Shown here: positions 9,385 to 17,957 of the stretch, one piece after another | How the letters are laid out: each line of letters begins with the position of its first letter | Position numbering within the stretch: position 1 is the stretch's first letter | DNA from: an uncultured Thermoplasmatales archaeon | GTDB lineage: Archaea > Thermoplasmatota > Penumbrarchaeia > Penumbrarchaeales > Penumbrarchaeaceae | Reading direction: 5' to 3' | NCBI GenBank assembly: GCA_964563055.1 | Contig: CAZLVP010000014.1 | Coordinates: 4,537-68,536, forward strand | Length of the DNA: 64,000 bases | The notes under the pieces: model-generated | The model's input: only the letters and a program-made list of their open reading frames with translations | The model's database searches: none | Told to the model about the DNA's origin: nothing | Program-made: the position numbers and the translations under genes

Positions 9385-9744
9385 CTATGGCGCCAACCCT
9401 GCAACGATGCCTTTAAGGAACATCACTTCATCTTCAACTAGGGAGCGATCGACCGCCCTCTCGGCGTAGATCCAACCGTCGTCCTCGTTCGTTAGGGAGT
9501 ACCCGCGCCCTATGAGAGCCCTCGTCACAATCAGCGCCTGCTCTATACGAGCGGGATCGACATTATGCTCCCGGTCCATCATGCGGACCAGGAACTCCAT
9601 CGAATACGCGATCCCTCCCTGGACCACCCTTGCAACGATCCCTATTCTGAAACCGTCCCCTTTATTGACCATCATGAATCCCTCGCCATCGCTGGACGCG
9701 AGCGCGACCCCCTCCAGATCCTCGATCCCGATCCTTATCTCCAT
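9385..9744 (-). CDS. Small hypothetical protein (possible YbjN-like fold)
   Basis: 119 aa ORF with coding-like composition and no strong motif. Confidence 0.3.
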   Translation of the reverse strand: MEIRIGIEDLEGVALASSDGEGFMMVNKGDGFRIGIVARVVQGGIAYSMEFLVRMMDREHNVDPARIEQALIVTRALIGRGYSLTNEDDGWIYAERAVDRSLVEDEVMFLKGIVAGLAP

Positions 9745-9756
9745 ACCATATCCTCC

Positions 9757-12165
9757 TCACTGGTACCTCAGAGCGTACCCCGGCCTGAAATGACCGGCCT
9801 TCCACAGCGGAGGTTGGATGATCAGCAACGTGATGAGCAACGTGGCGAAGAGAGATGCGAGGATGAACGGCAGCGGGTAGATGTAAGGAATGTCCATGCC
9901 GCTGCTAGAGGATATCGTCCATGTCAGGAGCATCTGGACAAGGTATCCCGCAGGCAATCCGAGGACCCAGCCTCCGAACGCCACGACTACCCCCTCCGAT
10001 CCGAACACCGTTATCACGCTCGAGGAGGATGATCCCAGGCACCGTAGGATCCCGATCTCCCTCGTCCTCTCCACGACGTTCATCGTGAGCATGCTCATCA
10101 GCCCGATCATGGTCACGAACACAATGAGCGCGCCCGAGGCTATCATCATGGTCACCGTGGTCTGCGCGCCCTGCTTCGATTGTTCTTCGGTCGCATACCA
10201 TACCTGGCCGTTGACCAGGTATCCCTGCCCGACGAGGGTATCCTCCACGAGCGTAGATACGCGGTCGATCGAAGTATGGTCCTTGCTCTGCGTGATGATG
10301 TTGAACCCGGATACGACAGCTCCGTATCCGAGAACATCCTTCGCCGTCCCAAGGGGCATGTAGACCTCCACGTTGACCTGGATCCCGATACCGACGACCT
10401 CAAAGGTCATCGTCCCCGCTCTGGTCTGGATAGGGACCTTGTCCCCGATAGAGACACCGAGGCTCGAGGCCACCCTATTATTGAGCACCACCACAAGAGC
10501 TTCACCCTCCATCTCGGAGAACCATCTCCCCGAGCAAATGGCCTTGTCCGTGTCGAGCGCCTTCGTATCGCAAGGATATGCTTGCGCTAGTGTATCATGG
10601 TCGTCGAGCCGGACCATCGTTGAGACGTACGGCTCCGCGAGCATAACACCAGGTATGCCCTCGATGATCGGCCCGACATCATCGGTCAGCGGATTCGCAC
10701 CGTCCTCCTGACCGGTCGTCTGGATATCATAGGTGACGCAGGAGAACTCCCTGTCGATCTCGTCCGACATCGCCACGCAGGATGTCACCACACCCAACAA
10801 CATCCCTACCGCTAATGCCACCTGGAGCATAGTTGATATGGACCTCCCCTTGCGCCTGGAGACGTTCCTGAAACCCATACGGGCAATCATGGGTAGAGTC
10901 GCCATCCTCATCATGATCCTGTCCAGGACCGAAAAGCCAAAGGACGATGACAGGCCGGTGCCCTCCAAACCTTCCCTGACCGGAACACGCAAGGCCATCA
11001 GGACCGCAGGGAGCGAAGCCGATACCGTCACTGCGCACCCGACGATGAAACCTATAATGACGGTCGGCAAATGCACGTCGATACCTACTTGGATACCGAC
11101 CATCGTCCCGAACACACTCGCCATCCCAATGGCGATTAACATCCCCAGTATGGAACCGATGAACGACCCGGTCAAGCCCATGATCATCGACGTGGTCAGA
11201 TAGGAGGCGACGACCTGCGCCCTCGTGGCCCCAAGGGCCTTCATTTGGGCTATCTCCCTCCTCTGCTCCGTGATTATCGTGTGCATGGTGTTCGAAATGA
11301 GGAACAGCGCGCAGAAAAGGACGATATAAGCTATTAAGTTGAACAGAGTCCCAACGCTCTCGAACAGCTCCTTCAAGGGCCATTCCCCAACTTTGCGGAC
11401 CTGTGGCATCTGTGTAAAACCATCAAAAGATGTCCTTTGGGAGAGGCATTTTTCGACCCCATCTATCACGACCGATGCGTTCGATCCATCCACGTCCAGG
11501 GCCAAGAAGTTGTACCCGGTCGTGTTGGAAAGGTCATGGATGGTCTCCATATCCGTATAGAAAACGACGACCTGCCCGAATGGCATCCCGGAGAAGTGGG
11601 GATTATGGGCGACCCCGGTGATCTCCAAGCGCTTGACGTTCCCGAACGCATCGTAGAGGTCCATCCCGTCCCCGATACCGCCACCGAAGAGTCCCACTTC
11701 CGCGTTGGCTCGCTCGGTAAGTATCTGCCCCTGCCCTATCTCGGGGGCACGCCCGTCCTCCAAAGAGATCCTGTCAACGGACATATCCTTGAGATCGGGC
11801 AAGCCAACGATACAGGCGAGGTTCCTCCGCTCGCTTATGAACATCTTTGTGTAAAGTATCGACATCGCTTGTGCATGGTCCACTCCGTCCAGATCGTTCA
11901 AGGCCTGGAGGACGCTCTTGTCCATCACCGTGTCGTTGAACCGGAGGACGACGTCATGCATATTGGAGGAGCTGATCTCGTCCATCATCGCCCGGTCCAG
12001 CAGAGGTATCACCGCGAACATGCCCAGGGCGGCGACGCCGAACACGATGGTCAGGACGGTGAAGATCGAGCGCACCTTGCGCACCTTGAGGTCGCGCCAT
12101 GACTTGCTCAGGAGTGTGTTCCGCATACACATCACCTCCTCAGGTGTTTTCCTGGACCATGCCAT
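9757..12165 (-). CDS. ABC transporter permease, MacB/FtsX-like with duplicated FtsX domains and large extracytoplasmic loops
   Basis: 802 aa with 8 predicted TM helices in two FtsX-like blocks. Overlaps and lies downstream of the ABC ATPase gene. Confidence 0.75.
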   Translation of the reverse strand: MAWSRKTPEEVMCMRNTLLSKSWRDLKVRKVRSIFTVLTIVFGVAALGMFAVIPLLDRAMMDEISSSNMHDVVLRFNDTVMDKSVLQALNDLDGVDHAQAMSILYTKMFISERRNLACIVGLPDLKDMSVDRISLEDGRAPEIGQGQILTERANAEVGLFGGGIGDGMDLYDAFGNVKRLEITGVAHNPHFSGMPFGQVVVFYTDMETIHDLSNTTGYNFLALDVDGSNASVVIDGVEKCLSQRTSFDGFTQMPQVRKVGEWPLKELFESVGTLFNLIAYIVLFCALFLISNTMHTIITEQRREIAQMKALGATRAQVVASYLTTSMIMGLTGSFIGSILGMLIAIGMASVFGTMVGIQVGIDVHLPTVIIGFIVGCAVTVSASLPAVLMALRVPVREGLEGTGLSSSFGFSVLDRIMMRMATLPMIARMGFRNVSRRKGRSISTMLQVALAVGMLLGVVTSCVAMSDEIDREFSCVTYDIQTTGQEDGANPLTDDVGPIIEGIPGVMLAEPYVSTMVRLDDHDTLAQAYPCDTKALDTDKAICSGRWFSEMEGEALVVVLNNRVASSLGVSIGDKVPIQTRAGTMTFEVVGIGIQVNVEVYMPLGTAKDVLGYGAVVSGFNIITQSKDHTSIDRVSTLVEDTLVGQGYLVNGQVWYATEEQSKQGAQTTVTMMIASGALIVFVTMIGLMSMLTMNVVERTREIGILRCLGSSSSSVITVFGSEGVVVAFGGWVLGLPAGYLVQMLLTWTISSSSGMDIPYIYPLPFILASLFATLLITLLIIQPPLWKAGHFRPGYALRYQ

Positions 12166-12817
12166 CCCGGATCGTGATGCGACGTGCTGCCCGGGCCGCG
12201 AGGTCCTTTGAGTGGGTCACGTAGATGATCGTCTTGCCCTGGTCGTTGAGCTTCTTCAGAAGATCGAACATGGAAGCTTCGGTCTTTGAATCTAGGTTCC
12301 CCGTCGGCTCGTCCCCGATGATTATCTTGGGATCGCACGCCAGGGCTCTGGCTATAGCGACTCGCTGCTGTTCCCCGCCCGAGAGTTCGGACGGAAGATT
12401 GTTGAGCTTATCGCTCAGACCGACCATGGTCAGGTTCTTGATCGCCGTCCTCTTCCGCTCCGAGGGAGGTCCCTTGTGTGCCAGGTCCATGGGAAGCATG
12501 GCGTTCTCAAGGGCCGTGAGCGTCGGGATCAACTGGAAGAACTGGAATATTATGCCGACATTCTTCCCCCGCCATCTGGCGAGCTCGTTCTCGGTCATGG
12601 TGTCGATCCGTGTACCGTCGACTATCACCTCTCCCACTGTCGGCCGGTCGATCCCGGTGATCATGTTCAGTATGGTCGATTTCCCGGACCCCGAGGGGCC
12701 GACGATAGCGGTCACCCCGCCGTTGGAGATGGTCAAATTTATTCCCTTCAAGGCCTGGTATCGGACCTTGCCGGTCGTGTAGACCTTGTCCACGTTCCTA
12801 AGTTCTATCTTGCACAT
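12140..12817 (-). CDS. ABC transporter ATP-binding protein (MacB/LolD-like)
   Basis: Walker A GPSGSGKST, Q-loop, signature LSGGEQQRVAIARAL, Walker B IIIGDEPTGNLD, H-loop YVTHS. Confidence 0.85.
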   Translation of the reverse strand: MCKIELRNVDKVYTTGKVRYQALKGINLTISNGGVTAIVGPSGSGKSTILNMITGIDRPTVGEVIVDGTRIDTMTENELARWRGKNVGIIFQFFQLIPTLTALENAMLPMDLAHKGPPSERKRTAIKNLTMVGLSDKLNNLPSELSGGEQQRVAIARALACDPKIIIGDEPTGNLDSKTEASMFDLLKKLNDQGKTIIYVTHSKDLAARAARRITIRDGMVQENT

Positions 12818-13037
12818 TTTTTTTCACCCATTTCGGTATATAGAAGGCCTTTTCCGCCTCTGTCATCACGTATTCAGAGGGGTATAATAACGGCATGTTC
12901 ACAAGTTGATGTAACAAAGTGCTAATTTTAACGACGGGATTGCTCGTTTTTAATAGAGAAGGTTGAAAAAATGGAAACGTAGAAACGAATAATTTCATGC
13001 CAGGTATCTACTATCGAAGGATATAGTCCAATTCACG

Positions 13038-13790
13038 ATGAATAGAAATGAATACTTGCAGAACAATGGATCACCGACATCTATGAAAGAACAAGAGAAA
13101 TGGAGCAATATCCGGTGGGGTGCGACCCTGGTCTATCTTTCATCGGTATTCCTTATGGTCGCACTACTGTTCATATTCCCATCCCTTGAATTGGTCCTTG
13201 GTATAGCGGTGATGTTGGTATCGGTGGTTGGTATAGTCCCCTTGATCATAGTTATCAACATTCCTTTTATAAGGATGAGGAGGTCCGAGAAGAAACCTAC
13301 GGATTTTAGCAGCAAGGGGGGACCTCTATCACGAGGGGGTATGGTCCATTACCATGACTCAGTGAGGATGAACATGCTGATCTGGATCATAGTCCCTATT
13401 AACATCTTCATTCTCGCCCTATCCTTCGCTCTGATGGACATTGTCCTGATCCTCATAATGCTGCCCTTTGTCGTGATCCTTTCCCTAGCGCTCTTATTCT
13501 TCTGGAAGCTCGATATCAGGGCCGATGATAGGACAGTATCGTTCAATTACGGCCCGTTCGGGAGGACTCTCAGGTTCACTGATATCAGGTCCATCCAGGC
13601 AATAGAGGTCCATGCTGTCCGTGATTTCATGGGGTGGGGGTGGAGGTCCGGGTCCGACGGCTCCATAGGCTATATCTCGAACTCCAAGGAAGGCGTGAAG
13701 ATAGAAACCAAGATGGGCAGGGCCTATACGATAACATGCCATCGGCCCGCGGAGCTTGTTAAGGTCGTTTGGAAGGGCATTCGAAGGTAA
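13038..13790 (+). CDS. Hypothetical membrane protein (4-5 TM helices plus a C-terminal soluble domain)
   Basis: Hydrophobic segments and coding-like composition. No catalytic motif recognised. Confidence 0.35.
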   Translation: MNRNEYLQNNGSPTSMKEQEKWSNIRWGATLVYLSSVFLMVALLFIFPSLELVLGIAVMLVSVVGIVPLIIVINIPFIRMRRSEKKPTDFSSKGGPLSRGGMVHYHDSVRMNMLIWIIVPINIFILALSFALMDIVLILIMLPFVVILSLALLFFWKLDIRADDRTVSFNYGPFGRTLRFTDIRSIQAIEVHAVRDFMGWGWRSGSDGSIGYISNSKEGVKIETKMGRAYTITCHRPAELVKVVWKGIRR

Positions 13791-13846
13791 GCTCTGCAGG
13801 CTTCCTTTAAATATTCAACCTCAAGTTATTTCTATCCCTGAGCTCA

Positions 13847-14716
13847 ATGATAATCCTCATGCTCAAGCACAGACCGATCAAGAAGGTCACCAAGAGCGTT
13901 CCGACCATAGAAGGCGCCGGGGTCCATCTGAAAAGGGCCTTCGGTTTCAAGGACACGAACCTCTATGACCCTTTTCTACTCCTTGACGATTTCCATTCAT
14001 CGAACCCTTCCGAGTACAAAGCAGGGTTCCCCTGGCATCCTCATAGGGGGATCGAGACCGTCACATACATGATCGAGGGGCGGGTGGACCACGGGGACAG
14101 TTTGGGGAACAAGGGAACCATAGGTCCTGGGGATATCCAGTGGATGACGGCCGGGAGCGGGATAATACACCAGGAGATGCCAAAGGGTCATGAGCACCAC
14201 CTGTGGGGAACACAGCTTTGGGTGAACCTACCCGCCTCAAAGAAGATGACCGACCCCAAGTACCGTGAGGTGAAGGCAGACCAGATCCCGGAGGTCGAGC
14301 TGCAAAAAGGTGTCAGGGCCAGATTGGTCTGCGGGAGCCACGGTGGGGCAAAAGGGCCGATAGACGATGTATCGGTAGATCCCACCTACATGGATGTTTC
14401 CATGGACAGGGGGATAAAGCACCTACTCGAGGAACCGGAGGGCAGGAACGCTTTCATCTATGTGCTCTCAGGTAAGGGAAAGGTCGGGAACAAGGATGTC
14501 CAGGCAGAGGACCTGGTCCTACTGGGGGAGGGGAACAGCATAGAGCTCTCAACGGCGGAGGATAAGCTGAGGTTCCTGTATGCTTCAGGAGTCCCTATAA
14601 AGGAACCGGTGGCCTGGTACGGTCCTATAGTTATGAACACCCAGAAGGAGCTGGAAATTGCCTTTGACGAGTATAGGAAGGGGACGTTCATTAGGAAAGG
14701 TGAGGATATCCGCTGA
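13847..14716 (+). CDS. Pirin-family cupin protein
   Basis: HPHRGIETVTYMIEGRVDHGDSLGN...GDIQWMTAGSGIIHQE matches the pirin N-terminal cupin metal-binding signature. Confidence 0.8.
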   Translation: MIILMLKHRPIKKVTKSVPTIEGAGVHLKRAFGFKDTNLYDPFLLLDDFHSSNPSEYKAGFPWHPHRGIETVTYMIEGRVDHGDSLGNKGTIGPGDIQWMTAGSGIIHQEMPKGHEHHLWGTQLWVNLPASKKMTDPKYREVKADQIPEVELQKGVRARLVCGSHGGAKGPIDDVSVDPTYMDVSMDRGIKHLLEEPEGRNAFIYVLSGKGKVGNKDVQAEDLVLLGEGNSIELSTAEDKLRFLYASGVPIKEPVAWYGPIVMNTQKELEIAFDEYRKGTFIRKGEDIR

Positions 14717-14718
14717 TA

Positions 14719-16368
14719 TCATCCGACCAATATCTTCATGTCCTCTTCCACAGTAGTGTTCAATCCGATACCGAACTTGTCGATGAGTACCTTGGCGACA
14801 TTAGGCGTTACAAATGCGGGCATTGTAGGTCCTATCCTCATGTTCTTGAAGCCGAGGTAAAGTAGCGCTAGAAGGATAAGTTCGGCCTTCTGCTCGTACC
14901 AGGCGACATTGAACGAGATCGGGAGCTGGTTCACATCCACTCCCAGTTCCTTTGATAGCTTGAGGGCGAAAAGTGCCAGCGAATAGGAATCATTGCACTG
15001 GCCAGCATCTATGACCCTGGGGATGCCGTCAATATCATCCTTCACATCCTTGTTATACCGGTACTTTGCACAGCCGGCAGTGAGTATGACAGCATCCTTC
15101 GGAAGGGCTTTGGCAAAGTCGGTGTAGTATTCCCTTGTCTTGTGCCTGCCGTCACACCCTGCCATCACTACGAACTTCTTGATCTTTCCGGCCTTAACGG
15201 CATCCAGTATCTTCTCCCGAAGGTCCCACAGGGTCGCATGGTTGAACCCTCCAACGAGCTCCCCGCTCTCAAGCTGCTTGGGGGATGGACACTTTTTAGC
15301 ATGCTCTATGATGGATGAGAAATCCTTCACACTACCTGGCTTCCTGTCCGGGATGTGCTTCACCCCGTCGAAACCGACGACACCAGTTGTATAGACCCTC
15401 TCCTTGTACTTATCAAGAGGGGGGACCAGGCAGTTGGATGTCAGGAGGACCGGTCCGTTGAAGGTATCGAAATCCATGAGCTGCTTCCACCAGGAGCTCC
15501 CATAGTTCCCCGCCAGGTTGTCATACTTCTTGAAGAATGGATAATAATTTGCAGGAAGCATCTCCCCATGGGTGTAGATGTCCACACCGGACCCCTTGGT
15601 CTGTTCGAGCAGTTCATGCAGGTCTTTGAGGTCGTGACCGGATATCAGTATCCCGGGTTTATCCCTAACACCTAAATTCACTTTAACGGGGGTGGGAACA
15701 CCATAGGTCGAAGTGTTGGCCCTGTCCAGGAGTTCCATGGTCTTTACTCCGTACTCACCGGTCCTCATAGTCCATTCAAGGAGTTCATTAAGGGTCTTGC
15801 TCCTGTCCCAGGTAGCTATTAGGGCGTCGTTCATGAACGCTGAGATGGACGGGTCCTTGAATCCAAGGGCCAGGGCATGATGCAGGTATGCGGTCATGCC
15901 TTTCAATGAATATAGGACGAAGAGGTAGAGGGCTCTTCGGTCCTCATCATAGTATGTGAGGTGACCTGCTTCCTTCGCTTTGACCAGAGCAGCGTCCTCG
16001 GTGGTGAACTTCCAGGTCGCGTGATCGGGCAGGTCCTTGCCTATGTCTATCCCGAGCTTCTGGCATTTTGCCATGAGCTCATCTCGTTTTTTAATGGATG
16101 TCCTGATGAACTCGAACATCTTGGCCCTGTCAAAGTTCGTGTTGGTTATCGTGGAGAACAGGTTCTCCATGACAAGGACGTCCGCTTCCTCATCGGCCTT
16201 ACCTATGGCCCTTAGCCTGATCTGGTAGTATGAGATCCCTCGCTGCATATGGATTAGGAGGTCCTGCAGGTCGGCCACCTCTCCGGTCTTTCCGCATACA
16301 CCCTTCTCGGTACAGCCCTTGTTCTTGAGCGTCTCTTGGCATTGGTTGCAGAACATATCGGTCACCAT
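14719..16368 (-). CDS. hcp: Hydroxylamine reductase / hybrid cluster protein
   Basis: N-terminal MFCNQCQETLKNKGCTEKGVCGK cysteine cluster. Conserved along its 549 aa length. Confidence 0.9.
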   Translation of the reverse strand: MVTDMFCNQCQETLKNKGCTEKGVCGKTGEVADLQDLLIHMQRGISYYQIRLRAIGKADEEADVLVMENLFSTITNTNFDRAKMFEFIRTSIKKRDELMAKCQKLGIDIGKDLPDHATWKFTTEDAALVKAKEAGHLTYYDEDRRALYLFVLYSLKGMTAYLHHALALGFKDPSISAFMNDALIATWDRSKTLNELLEWTMRTGEYGVKTMELLDRANTSTYGVPTPVKVNLGVRDKPGILISGHDLKDLHELLEQTKGSGVDIYTHGEMLPANYYPFFKKYDNLAGNYGSSWWKQLMDFDTFNGPVLLTSNCLVPPLDKYKERVYTTGVVGFDGVKHIPDRKPGSVKDFSSIIEHAKKCPSPKQLESGELVGGFNHATLWDLREKILDAVKAGKIKKFVVMAGCDGRHKTREYYTDFAKALPKDAVILTAGCAKYRYNKDVKDDIDGIPRVIDAGQCNDSYSLALFALKLSKELGVDVNQLPISFNVAWYEQKAELILLALLYLGFKNMRIGPTMPAFVTPNVAKVLIDKFGIGLNTTVEEDMKILVG

Positions 16369-16430
16369 TGTTCCCTTATTATACGTGATACCTATAATAT
16401 ACTATGGTATATATAGGGGAAGGTTTCTAA
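16369..16430. promoter_or_regulatory. AT-rich divergent promoter region between hcp and the HxlR-type regulator (TATA-like tataatatactatggtatatata)
   Basis: A 62 bp AT-rich intergenic region between divergently oriented genes carries two TATA-like elements. Confidence 0.35.
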
Positions 16431-16796
16431 GTGGTAACGATGAACAGGGACTGCACGATCTATAGTACCGTCGACCTCATCTCAAAAAGGTGGACGCTAA
16501 TAATAATGCTAGAGCTCTACAGAGGTGGAGGGGGCAAAAAACGCTATACTGAGCTGAAGGCCGGTCTCTTTGACATATCCCCAAAGATGCTATCTGAGAG
16601 GTTGAGGGAGCTCGAGAAGGCCGGGATGATATCCAAGACCGTGGATGCCTCTAGGGTTCCGATAAGGACCGACTACGAGCTTACAGAGATGGGCAAGGAC
16701 TTCATGCCCGTTATTAGGTCCCTGAAGGGTTGGGCTTTGAAATGGAAGGGTGACAACAAAGTATGCTCCAAGATTGAATGTGCGGACTGCAGATGA
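16431..16796 (+). CDS. HxlR-family winged-helix transcriptional regulator
   Basis: CTIYSTVDLISKRWTLIIMLEL...RYTEL...ISPKMLSERLRELEKAGMISKTVDASRVPIRTDYELTEMGKDF matches HxlR-type HTH. Confidence 0.75.
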   Translation: MVTMNRDCTIYSTVDLISKRWTLIIMLELYRGGGGKKRYTELKAGLFDISPKMLSERLRELEKAGMISKTVDASRVPIRTDYELTEMGKDFMPVIRSLKGWALKWKGDNKVCSKIECADCR

Positions 16797-16859
16797 AGGT
16801 CCGGTCCTTTTAGGGTTGCATAGGGTTTTATAGTTCACAAACCCATTTGACGACAAGAG

Positions 16860-17843
16860 ATGAATGGGCATAGGACTGATCCAATGTCGAAAGGACTTAC
16901 GTTTCTCATCATATTAAGTTCATTGTTCTTCATATCGTTCCTCCCCCCTCGATCAAGTAATGTCATAGGCAGTTATGGACCGACCATTCCTTCCTTGGAC
17001 GCCCAAGTGATCGAACCGGACATAAAGATACACCTAAGATATATGACGACCAACATAATGTTCTATGATAACACACCGCTCGAGATAGTCCTCCTCTACC
17101 AGATATCATGTGTCCTGCCTCCAGGTGCTCCCCCCGGAATGGATTGCACCGTTTCTCTGATCGGGCAGGCAGAAGGTTTTGAGGTGTCTCATATCGATGA
17201 GATGGTTTTCACCTATCAGGTAGAGACCAGCCAATTCTCATTATCGGTGTGGGTCCCACCCGACACACCAGCTTTAAAGGTGATACCTGTTGTGATATCC
17301 GGGAACTACGAGGTGACACCTGGACAATCGGAGGGCGAGGTCCCTCCCAGAATAGATGAGATCACGGTCCCGCCCTACGGATGCCTACAGATGAGCGCAG
17401 AGCCTCGGGACTGGAAACCTCCTGTAGGCAAATGGACCGACATGGACCTCACACTGGTCAATTTGGCCAATACCGAGGATGTGGTCCAGATAGACCTTTT
17501 CAAATACGATCCCAGGATAGAGGTGAGGTTCTCAAAGGATGTCATCAAGGTCAGGAAGGGCGAGATCAAGGAGGTGACCTTTGCCGCAAGGCAGAGGAGC
17601 GGACTGCCATCAACGAACAGGTTCACACTGCGGGCAAGAAGCAGCTATCAGGGTCTCAACGCGACCGTTTACTGCGATATGGAGTTCGGAACGACACTAT
17701 CATCAAGCTCGGTATTGAAAGGGCCTGTTGCATTTGCGGTCGGTGGGTCTGCGATCATCCTTATCATAGCTGTAACGCTAATAGTTATGTTCATGTTCCG
17801 ATGGAATAGGTCGAAGCGAGAAAGAGGTTTTAGGCGGTCCTGA
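16860..17843 (+). CDS. Hypothetical secreted protein with N-terminal signal/TM and C-terminal TM anchor
   Basis: Hydrophobic N-terminus, and a C-terminal hydrophobic helix followed by a basic tail (RWNRSKRERGFRRS). Confidence 0.35.
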   Translation: MNGHRTDPMSKGLTFLIILSSLFFISFLPPRSSNVIGSYGPTIPSLDAQVIEPDIKIHLRYMTTNIMFYDNTPLEIVLLYQISCVLPPGAPPGMDCTVSLIGQAEGFEVSHIDEMVFTYQVETSQFSLSVWVPPDTPALKVIPVVISGNYEVTPGQSEGEVPPRIDEITVPPYGCLQMSAEPRDWKPPVGKWTDMDLTLVNLANTEDVVQIDLFKYDPRIEVRFSKDVIKVRKGEIKEVTFAARQRSGLPSTNRFTLRARSSYQGLNATVYCDMEFGTTLSSSSVLKGPVAFAVGGSAIILIIAVTLIVMFMFRWNRSKRERGFRRS

Positions 17844-17957
17844 GGTCAGAACGATAAGAGCGACCCATGGCAGGTTTTACATATCTTGAAAAAACATTCC
17901 AGCTCTATTAAATAGGGAAATACCACCTCACATAGCCGAGGATGGAAGCCCCATCCG

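Noticed and set aside
9565-10590. Several 100-160 aa ORFs in both orientations inside the ABC permease gene
   Set aside because: All overlap the 802-aa permease frame, which has coherent TM/FtsX structure. They have R/P/H-rich shadow-frame composition.
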